The notes under the pieces: generated by a model
Told to the model about the DNA's origin: nothing
Database searches by the model: none
Seen by the model: the letters and a program-made list of their open reading frames with translations, nothing else
Position numbers and translations under genes: made by a program
NCBI GenBank assembly: GCA_965368975.1
Contig: CBDUPA010000001.1
Span: 736,001-800,000 of the forward strand
Direction: 5' to 3'
Origin: an uncultured bacterium
GTDB lineage: Bacteria; Acidobacteriota; Thermoanaerobaculia; Multivoradales; JAHZIX01
DNA length: 64,000 nt
Shown: in pieces, positions 56,920-64,000 of the stretch
How positions within the stretch are numbered: position 1 is the first letter of the stretch
How the letters are laid out: every line of letters begins with the position of its first letter

Positions 56920-57618
56920 TCAGGAAGCGGGTTGCGGGTTTGGGGCTTCACTCAGGCGAGCCTGGCACGTGGTGTCCGTCTGGCTGTCGTTGTCTGCCTG
57001 GCTGTCGGCGGTCGCGCTTTCCTGGGCGCTGAGCCGCTGGTGCAGGCAGGCGTAGGATTCCGCGTCGGGGTCGTCCGCGCTCGCCAGTTGCTGCGCATAG
57101 CCCGCCATCTGCAGGGCCGTCGCGCTATTGCCGCGGGCTTGGTGCAGGTGCGCCAGGTTGTTGTAGACGGCGGCGGAGTTCGGAAAGGTGCGCAGCACGC
57201 CGGCATAGATCATCATCGCCCGCTCGCGCAGGTTGCGCGCCTGCTCTTCCGACGTGGCCGTGTCGGCCTGGCGCTGATGCGCCAGCGCGATGTAGAACGG
57301 GATGACTTTGCCGGCCTCGACATCCTCGGCCTCCTGGGCGTAGATCTGGGCGATTGAGAACAGGCGCGCGGCTTCAGCGAAGTCGCCGCCGGTCATCGCC
57401 GTGCGGGCCTGTTCGAGCCACTCTTCTACGGTCGGCCCGTCCTTTTTCTGGCGCGCCGGGTCGGTGGCGATCGAAGGTGCCTGTGCCAGGGCCGGTCCGA
57501 CGGTGCACAGCAGTAGCATGGCTGCCAGCAGGCCGATCGAGGCGGGGAGCAGGCGAGAGTGGAGAGCGGAATTCTGGTTGCGGGTCGTCATTGCGGGGAT
57601 CGTTTCTTGGGTCGTCAT
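56920..57618 (-). CDS. Secreted TPR protein, paralog of the N-terminal module of 52300-54063
   Basis: Shared QAR.AM...D...AARLFS.A, PFY.ALA.QRQA, AR.LRERA...Y and P.SAA.YNNLA.L. Confidence 0.75.
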   Translation of the reverse strand: MTTQETIPAMTTRNQNSALHSRLLPASIGLLAAMLLLCTVGPALAQAPSIATDPARQKKDGPTVEEWLEQARTAMTGGDFAEAARLFSIAQIYAQEAEDVEAGKVIPFYIALAHQRQADTATSEEQARNLRERAMMIYAGVLRTFPNSAAVYNNLAHLHQARGNSATALQMAGYAQQLASADDPDAESYACLHQRLSAQESATADSQADNDSQTDTTCQARLSEAPNPQPAS

Positions 57619-57692
57619 CGTACTCTTCGAGGATGGGTGGATGGAGGTGGGTGAGCTGTGCCGGTGATCGGTCCGGCTCGCGGTGTGAGATC

Positions 57693-57701
57693 ATTGTACC
57701 A
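57693..57701 (-). promoter_or_regulatory. Putative extended -10 promoter (TGGTACAAT) for the five-gene operon
   Basis: TGnTACAAT about 75 nt upstream of the first ATG in a divergent intergenic region. Confidence 0.45.
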
Positions 57702-57754
57702 GTCGGCGCCTGTCCTTGAAGTCATCGCCCGCAGCGCCGCCAGGAGGTAGTGAC

Positions 57755-59461
57755 GTGTCCGCATCCGAGAGCAGCAAGACCGACGACCTGGAGCTTCTGC
57801 TAGAGGTCATGCCACCGCCGGTGCGCGCGGCCTTGCGCTCGGATCCGCGACGCAGCCAGCTGATCGAAGTGATCCTCGACCTGGGGCGCGTGCCGGAAGC
57901 GCGCTTCCCGGGCGAAGGCGCGGATCTGGGCACGGTGCCGGTGAGCCGCGAGCAGCTGGCGGCGGTGGTCGAGCGCGTGGGCACCTTCGGGCCGGACAAC
58001 CGTGCTGGTATCGAGCGTACGCTGCACCGTATCTCGGCCTTGCGCAACCGCCTGGGGGATGTTGTCGGCCTGACCTGCCGTGTTGGCCGCGCGGTCGAGG
58101 GCACGGTCGACATCATCCGCGATGTCATCGACGCTGGCGACTCGATCTTGCTGCTCGGACGGCCCGGCGTTGGCAAGACGACGCTGCTGCGCGAGGCAGC
58201 CCGTGTGCTGGCGGGGCCGCTGAAGAAGCGTGTGGTGGTGGTCGACACCTCGAACGAGATCGCCGGTGACGGCGACGTACCGCACGACGGCATCGGCCGC
58301 GCCCGCCGCATGCAGGTGGCGACGCCGGAACGCCAGCATGCGGTGATGATCGAGGCGGTGGAGAATCACATGCCCGAGGTCATCGTCATCGACGAGATCG
58401 GCACCGAGGCCGAGGCGCTGGCGGCACGGACGATCGCCGAGCGCGGCGTTCAGCTGATCGGCACCGCGCACGGTAACTCGCTCGACAACCTGCTGCAGAA
58501 CCCGACCCTGTCCGACTTGATCGGGGGTATCCAGGCGGTGACCTTGTCGGATGAAGAAGCGCGCCGCCGTGGCACCCGCAAGACGGTGCTGGAGCGCAAG
58601 TCGCCGCCCACCTTCAACGTCGTGGTCGAGATCCAGGCACAGGATCGCCTGGCGGTGCATCACTACATCGCGGACGTCGTCGACATGTTCCTGCGCGGCG
58701 TGCCACCGGGCCCCGAGCTGCGATGCCGGACCGCCGAGGGCGAAGTCGAGATCGAGTCCGCGTCGTCGGTGACGCGCCCATCCGGCAACGGCCGTGTCTC
58801 GATCCTGCCCGCCGACGACCGGCCCCTGCGGGGTCACGGCAGCTTGTCGCCCTGGCATGCGACGGATACGGGCTCAGCCGGGCCGCCTGTGGGTAACGAC
58901 TCCGGGCAGCGCACCGGTTTGGCCTCCAGGGTACCGTCCCAGCTCGCGGGTCGGGGGCAAGAGGCAGATCGTGCAGAGACCACGCCGGTCGGTCGCCGCC
59001 GTCGCCGTACCCTGCGTCTCTTCCCCTATGCGCTCTCGCGCAACAAGCTCGAACGCGCTATCCGCGACCTCGGTGTTCCGGTACGACTGGTCCATCAGAT
59101 CAGCGAGGCCGACCTGATGCTCACCCTCAAGTCACAGGAGCGCCGTCAGCCCAAACGCCTGCGCGACGCCGAGCTGCGCGGTACGCGGCTGGAGGTGGTC
59201 AAGAGCAACACCGTCAAGCAGTTGGAGAACTTCCTGCGTGCCGAGTTCCAGCTCGGGGCCGAGGGCGAGGCACACGGCGAGGCCCTGGCGGAGGTGGAGA
59301 CGGCGGTTGACGCGGCACTCGATAAAGGCCGTCCCGTCGAGTTGCTGCCGCAGGACTGTGTGCTGCGCCGCCTGCAGCACGAGATGGTCACCAGGTGCGG
59401 CCTGGCGTCTCAGAGCCGGGGCGAAGAACCGTACCGGCGAGTCGTTGTGTATCCGAGTTGA
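57755..59461 (+). CDS. Ycf45/SpoIIIAA-like AAA ATPase with C-terminal R3H domain
   Basis: RAGIERTLHRIS, GRPGVGKTTLLRE, EAVENHMPEVIVIDEIG, RRLQH; GTG after AGGAGG. Confidence 0.9.
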   Translation: MSASESSKTDDLELLLEVMPPPVRAALRSDPRRSQLIEVILDLGRVPEARFPGEGADLGTVPVSREQLAAVVERVGTFGPDNRAGIERTLHRISALRNRLGDVVGLTCRVGRAVEGTVDIIRDVIDAGDSILLLGRPGVGKTTLLREAARVLAGPLKKRVVVVDTSNEIAGDGDVPHDGIGRARRMQVATPERQHAVMIEAVENHMPEVIVIDEIGTEAEALAARTIAERGVQLIGTAHGNSLDNLLQNPTLSDLIGGIQAVTLSDEEARRRGTRKTVLERKSPPTFNVVVEIQAQDRLAVHHYIADVVDMFLRGVPPGPELRCRTAEGEVEIESASSVTRPSGNGRVSILPADDRPLRGHGSLSPWHATDTGSAGPPVGNDSGQRTGLASRVPSQLAGRGQEADRAETTPVGRRRRRTLRLFPYALSRNKLERAIRDLGVPVRLVHQISEADLMLTLKSQERRQPKRLRDAELRGTRLEVVKSNTVKQLENFLRAEFQLGAEGEAHGEALAEVETAVDAALDKGRPVELLPQDCVLRRLQHEMVTRCGLASQSRGEEPYRRVVVYPS

Positions 59462-59469
59462 GCTGGTTG

Positions 59470-59749
59470 TTGCGACCCAGGATCCGCTCTGCCATACTCC
59501 TTGGCCTATGAAGACGACTTCGGATCTTGCCGCCAGCTGACGAGCCCGCGCTCTCCCGTCCGGGAGGCTCTTCCACTTAGGAAGACAGAAGATACGCGCG
59601 GACTCGGGACGAGCCGACACTCAGGCTGAGCCCTCACCCAAATGGGGCAGAGGTCAGCAGACACGAGTGCCGGCCGTTCGTCCTGCGTCCTTTCTGCACG
59701 ACGAACCGGCATCTGCGGGTGCCAGCTGGATTCAAGAGGAGATGCAGCA
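59470..59749 (+). other. Putative promoter plus structured 5' leader (candidate cis-regulatory RNA) upstream of rsgA
   Basis: TTGCGA-N17-CATACT (59470-59498); uORF MKTTSDLAAS (59508-59540); three multi-helix domains in 59541-59711. Confidence 0.45.
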
Positions 59750-60937
59750 ATGCATCCAAGAGAAGAGACGCTGAAGTCGAAGTCTGTTTGGACGAACGAA
59801 CCTCGCCAACACGATGAGCTCGAGACCCTGGGCTGGGATGCCCGTTGGCAAGAGAGGTGGCAAGCCGAGCATCCGGACGCGCAGGCCGCTGGCTGGATAC
59901 CGGCGCGCGTCATCACCGCCAGCCGGGAGATCTACCGCCTGGCCAGTCCGCTCGGTGATACTAGTGCGCTCGGTGAACTGAGCGGAGACCTGGCGGGACG
60001 GCTCCGCTATCTGGCCGAAGAAGATGGCGAAGAGCTGCCGGCGGTGGGAGACTGGGTGGTGGCGCAGCCTCTGCCGGTAGAAGCGCGTGCGATCCTGCAC
60101 GCGGTCTTGCCTCGGCGCAGCTGCCTGGCGCGGCGCGCGGCGGGGAGACGGACGGCGAAGCAAGTGGTGGCGGCGAATGTCGATACTGTCTGGGTCGTTA
60201 CCTCACTCAACCGCGATTTCAATCCACGGCGGCTGGAGCGCTACCTGGAGCTGGTGTGGGAGGCCGGTTGCCGGCCGGTGGTGGTGTTGTCGAAAGCAGA
60301 TCTGTGCGATGCCACGGCTGGTCAGCTCGCAGCGCAGCTGGCGCAGGTGGAAGCGTTGGCGCCGGGCGTCCCGGTGCACGCGCTGAGCGCGCTCGAAGGC
60401 GAGGGGCTGGAACCGCTGGCCGCATACCTGCAGCGCGGTCAGACCGTCGCCTTGCTCGGTTCGTCCGGCGTCGGCAAGTCGACGCTGAGCAACCGCCTGC
60501 TGGGTGCGGACGTGCAGATCGTACGCGAGATCCGCTCCAGCGATGACCGCGGTCGCCATGCCACCTCCCACCGTGAACTGCTGCCGCTACCGTCCGGTGG
60601 ACTACTGGTGGACACACCCGGCATGCGGGAACTCGGTCTGTGGCGCGAGGGCGGCGAGGGGCCGGCGGGCTTTGGTGAGATCGACGGCTTGGCCGAAGAC
60701 TGCCGTTTCGGTGATTGCCAGCACCAGGGCGAACCCGGCTGTGCCGTCGGCGCTGCCATCGATGCCGGTCAACTCGACGCCGAGCGCCTGGAGTCGTACC
60801 ACAAGCTAGTGCGCGAGGACGCCTTCCTCGCCGAGCGCGCCGAAGCCGGTGCGGCGGTGGCAGAGAAGCGCAAGTGGGTGCGCATGATGGGCTCGAAGTT
60901 CACCAAGACCACGAAGCGCCGCTTGCACCGGCGTTGA
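59750..60937 (+). CDS. rsgA: Ribosome small subunit-dependent GTPase A
   Basis: AVGDWV, QVVAANVD, RRLERYL, SKAD, GSSGVGKS, GRHAT, DTPG, Zn finger CRFGDCQH..EPGC; RBS GAGGAG. Confidence 0.93.
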   Translation: MHPREETLKSKSVWTNEPRQHDELETLGWDARWQERWQAEHPDAQAAGWIPARVITASREIYRLASPLGDTSALGELSGDLAGRLRYLAEEDGEELPAVGDWVVAQPLPVEARAILHAVLPRRSCLARRAAGRRTAKQVVAANVDTVWVVTSLNRDFNPRRLERYLELVWEAGCRPVVVLSKADLCDATAGQLAAQLAQVEALAPGVPVHALSALEGEGLEPLAAYLQRGQTVALLGSSGVGKSTLSNRLLGADVQIVREIRSSDDRGRHATSHRELLPLPSGGLLVDTPGMRELGLWREGGEGPAGFGEIDGLAEDCRFGDCQHQGEPGCAVGAAIDAGQLDAERLESYHKLVREDAFLAERAEAGAAVAEKRKWVRMMGSKFTKTTKRRLHRR

Positions 60938-60969
60938 CGGCGAGTCCCGTTCCTCCTGCCTCATGGGTG

Positions 60970-62742
60970 TCAGTGGTGGCTCTGGCCGAGTTGTACCAGG
61001 GACTTGGGCGCTGGGCCCTGGGTCGTGCTGGTGAGCGCGTCATGCTCGCCTTGCCAGCGGGGTAGGATCAGTCCCCACGGGTCGGCGTCGAAGTGCGACG
61101 CCAGGTGTTGCTGGTAGCTGATCAGGCGCAGATCCGAGGGTTCGATGTCGCGCGGGTCCGTGTGGTGCAGCATGTGGGTCAGTTCCATCATGTCGTGATG
61201 GAAGCCGGTGAGGTAGTTGTGCACCCGCTGGTACTTGTCCATGACGCTGAGGCCGTGCCGTCGCCAGGGGTCGTTGGTGGCGATGCCGGTGGGGCAGGCG
61301 TTGGTGTGGCAGCGCAGGCTCTGGATGCAGCCAAGAGAGAGCATCAGGGCGCGGGCCGAGTCGATGTAGTCGGCGCCGAAGGCGAAGGCGACGACGGCGT
61401 GGGCGGGGGTGAGGATGCGGCCGGACGCGTGCAGCGCGACGCGGTCGCGGATGCCGGCGTCTTGCAGCTTGCGGTGGGCATAGGCCAGCGTCTCGATGGC
61501 ACTGCCGTAGCCGACGTAGTTGACCCACAGATTCGGGCTGGCTCCGGTGCCGCCGTCCGCACCATCGAACTGGATCGCATCCGGGCCTTCGCCGGTTTCC
61601 TGCATGGCCTCGACCAGCAGGTCGAGTTCCTGAATCCGACCGACACACAGCTTGATGCCCACAGGCAGTTCCGTCAGCTGACGCAGGTGGCGGCAGAAGT
61701 CCATCAGCTTGGCGATCGCCTCGCGCTGCGTCGGTGCTTCCAGTTCGGCGTGTTGGCGCGGGCTGATGGCCATCTTGCCGACGGGGATGCGGCGGATGGC
61801 GGCGATGTCTGGCGTGACTTTGGCGCCCGGTAGGTGCCCGCCGAGCCCGGGCTTGGCACCCTGCGACAACTTGATCTGCAGCATGCCGATGTTGGGATGC
61901 GCGCGGACCAGGTCGACCAGGGCCTGTTCGTCGAGCAGGATACGCAGGCGCCCCGCGTGCTCCTCGACGCGGCGGGCGCCGAACTTGCCGGTGCCGAGTT
62001 GGAAGACGACGTCGTTGCCGCCGACGCCGTGCGGACCATAGCCACCCTCACCTGTGTTGACATAGGCAACGCCCTTGGCGCCCAGGCTGAGTGCTTCGCA
62101 CGAGCGCTGGTTGATCGAGCCGAAGCTCATGCCGGAGACATTGAGCGTGTTGCGGACGACGAACGGACGCACACCCTGCCGCTGTGCGCCGATCACCACC
62201 TCGAAGTGGGAAGGGGTTTCCTCACCCTCCGCTTCACCGCCGAAGTTGTGGTGCAGAATGCGTGCACCGGTGGTGTTCTCCGGGTCGTAGTTGTCCAGTT
62301 CGGTACCGAAGCTGGTCAGCGGCTTGATGGTCTTTGCCTTCTGGTAGACGTAGTCGCGCACGATGCGTGGGATGGGGCGGCCATCCATATTGCGCTCGTT
62401 GAAGTACTGCAGGAACTTGTCGCGAAACTCCATCTCGAACAGGTAGCGCAGCCGTCCCATCGGGCCATAGATGCGCACGATCGCACGGCGCGATTGGACG
62501 AAGCATTCGCGAATGCCAAAGACGAACATGGCAGCGAAGGTGCCTGCGACCACCGCCCACCAGACGCTGGTGGTGAACCCTATGTAGAGGCCGGCAACGA
62601 AGAGGGCGAGCGAGACGACGTCGAGGACTCGGCGCAGGCGAACACGCGGTGCGTGCAGGCGTTCGTAGGCATCGGGCGCATACAGACTGTCGGTTGGACG
62701 GTTGAGCAGAGAGCGGGTTTCGTCGGTCGGAGCATAGGCCAT
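60970..62742 (-). CDS. FMN-binding glutamate synthase family protein with N-terminal TM helices
   Basis: SGMSFGS, NTGEGG, IKLSQGAKPG.GG.LP..KV, DGADGGTGA, GCIQSLRCHTNACPTGIAT; start moved to ATG 62742. Confidence 0.9.
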   Translation of the reverse strand: MAYAPTDETRSLLNRPTDSLYAPDAYERLHAPRVRLRRVLDVVSLALFVAGLYIGFTTSVWWAVVAGTFAAMFVFGIRECFVQSRRAIVRIYGPMGRLRYLFEMEFRDKFLQYFNERNMDGRPIPRIVRDYVYQKAKTIKPLTSFGTELDNYDPENTTGARILHHNFGGEAEGEETPSHFEVVIGAQRQGVRPFVVRNTLNVSGMSFGSINQRSCEALSLGAKGVAYVNTGEGGYGPHGVGGNDVVFQLGTGKFGARRVEEHAGRLRILLDEQALVDLVRAHPNIGMLQIKLSQGAKPGLGGHLPGAKVTPDIAAIRRIPVGKMAISPRQHAELEAPTQREAIAKLMDFCRHLRQLTELPVGIKLCVGRIQELDLLVEAMQETGEGPDAIQFDGADGGTGASPNLWVNYVGYGSAIETLAYAHRKLQDAGIRDRVALHASGRILTPAHAVVAFAFGADYIDSARALMLSLGCIQSLRCHTNACPTGIATNDPWRRHGLSVMDKYQRVHNYLTGFHHDMMELTHMLHHTDPRDIEPSDLRLISYQQHLASHFDADPWGLILPRWQGEHDALTSTTQGPAPKSLVQLGQSHH

Positions 62743-62765
62743 CGCTGGTCTCCTTCGAGCAGCAC

Positions 62766-63710
62766 TCAGGCAAGCGGTCGGTCGTGCAGGAAGTCGCGGA
62801 CGTCGGCGGCACTGCTGTCGGCCTCTTCTTCCATCGGCAGGTGGCCCGCGTGCGGATAGATGCGGAGCACGGAGTCGGGCAGGTCGGCATGGAACTGGAG
62901 GGCGTCCTGCACCGAGACCCAGGGGTCGTGCTGTCCCCAGAGGATCAAGGTCGGCGCTTGGATGCTGCGGATGCGTTGACGTGTGCTGCGGTAGTCGTAG
63001 TCCGCGGCGAGCAGACGCAGGTTCGCCTGGCGGTTGCCGCGGCGGCGGATGAGGTCGTGATGACGGTCGATCATGGTGTCGTCGACGAACTCGTCGGACC
63101 GGTGGAAGACCCGATGCAGTACGGCAGCGACCAGCCAGCGCGGGCTGCACCAGCGCAGGGGCCGCACCCAGAAGCTGCGCGCCATGGCGGCGACCTGTTC
63201 GAAGCCGGGGTGCGGGTAGCCGGCGGCATCGATCAGGATCAGGCGGTCGACACGCTCCGCAGCGGTGGCGGCGAGTTCCCAGGCGACCAGGCCGCCCATG
63301 GAACTGCCGGCGATGTGACAGCGGTCGATGCCCAGCGCGTCGAGCAGAGCCAGCACGGTGTCGACCAGGATCTGTGGGCTGTAGACTCCGTCCGGTGTCG
63401 GTCCGGTCAGCCCGTGGCCGGGCAGGTCGAGGCGCAGCAGACGGAATTCATCTCCGAGCCGCTCGACCCAGGCATCCCAGGTGTGCAGTGACGCCTGCCA
63501 ACCGTGGATCAATAGCAGGGGCGGATCCTCCGGGCGACCTTCGTCCCGGAAGTGCACGAGTTGTCCGCTCGGTAAGCGCACGAAGCGGGATGCATCGTTG
63601 CCGTAGCGGGAGATGAGCGGCGCCGGCTCCAGGTCGCGCTCGACCAGCCACCAGGCCGCCAGGCCCAGCGTACCCAGTGCACCCAGTGCCGCTCTAAGAG
63701 GTCGTCGCAT
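62766..63710 (-). CDS. Alpha/beta hydrolase
   Basis: LIHG, DLPGHG, GSSMGG nucleophile elbow, WG.HD, AGHLP.EE. Confidence 0.92.
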   Translation of the reverse strand: MRRPLRAALGALGTLGLAAWWLVERDLEPAPLISRYGNDASRFVRLPSGQLVHFRDEGRPEDPPLLLIHGWQASLHTWDAWVERLGDEFRLLRLDLPGHGLTGPTPDGVYSPQILVDTVLALLDALGIDRCHIAGSSMGGLVAWELAATAAERVDRLILIDAAGYPHPGFEQVAAMARSFWVRPLRWCSPRWLVAAVLHRVFHRSDEFVDDTMIDRHHDLIRRRGNRQANLRLLAADYDYRSTRQRIRSIQAPTLILWGQHDPWVSVQDALQFHADLPDSVLRIYPHAGHLPMEEEADSSAADVRDFLHDRPLA

Positions 63711-64000
63711 CTAGGGGCAGGTCACGAAGGCGCTGGTGTCCTGGATAGGTTGGAACGGTGTGCCCTGGGGATTGGTCGCGCGGTAGATCACCTCGGTCAG
63801 CGTGTCAGTGACGGTCAAGTCGACCTCGACGTTGGTCAAGCCGCCGGCGAAAACCCAGAAGTGACCGTTGTTGGTGCAGCCATCGAGCACCTTGACCACC
63901 AACTCGACGTTCTGGCTGTTGAAGAACCAGAAGTAGCCGGTGTCTGGGGTGAGCGCAACGGCGGTGCCGCTGCCCGTGGTGCCGTTCGCCCGCCGCCAGT
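63711..64000 (-). CDS. 3' end of a probable secreted protein with a Thermoanaerobaculia-type C-terminal domain (5' end outside window)
   Basis: Frame open from the window edge: GYFWFFNSQNVELVVKVLDGC..NGHFWVFAGGLTNVE..LTVTDT...DTSAF. Confidence 0.75.
   Translation of the reverse strand, partial: WRRANGTTGSGTAVALTPDTGYFWFFNSQNVELVVKVLDGCTNNGHFWVFAGGLTNVEVDLTVTDTLTEVIYRATNPQGTPFQPIQDTSAFVTCP

Noticed and set aside
59537-59610. Hammerhead ribozyme (CTGACGA core) or tmRNA (LAA-like tag)
   Set aside because: No GAAA after the candidate stem II and no tRNA-like ends.
62743-63150. N-terminal extension of the 726-aa glutamate synthase family ORF
   Set aside because: Overlaps the alpha/beta hydrolase on the same strand; ATG 62742 with an upstream AAGGAG is the better start.

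Overview
High-GC bacterial chromosomal window. Gene content (many TPR-fused Ser/Thr kinases, a kinase-partnered ECF sigma, FG-GAP/ASPIC secreted proteins, an 'IFxDGFESG' C-terminal tail, a complete Na+-NQR operon) suggests a marine Acidobacteriota (Thermoanaerobaculia-like) organism; this is inference. Housekeeping genes: fhs, nqrABCDEF-apbE-nqrM, trpS, pyrD-like, rsgA, a Ycf45/R3H ATPase and an FMN-binding glutamate synthase family gene. Best candidate for an undescribed system (1-8048, minus strand): ECF sigma, a 1390-aa receptor with two kinase domains, a degenerate cyclase, a TM helix and TPRs, then a 67-aa Ser/Thr/Cys precursor-like peptide, an APH-type (LanK-like) kinase and a HopA1(LanY)-LanC fusion. 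The ORF track missed the fusion because it runs off the window edge. Together these look like a class V-type lanthipeptide cluster directly behind a signalling module. Other notable blocks: two tandem circularly permuted ATP-grasp ligases divergent from a TonB receptor across two perfect 7-1-7 palindromes; a translationally coupled nine-gene nucleotide-heptose operon with extra tailoring enzymes and an atypical HldE; a five-gene operon of unknown secreted/membrane proteins with a duplicated TPR module; and a structured ~240-nt leader upstream of rsgA. No tRNA, rRNA, CRISPR array or transposase was recognised. All product calls come from motif recognition by eye, not database searches.
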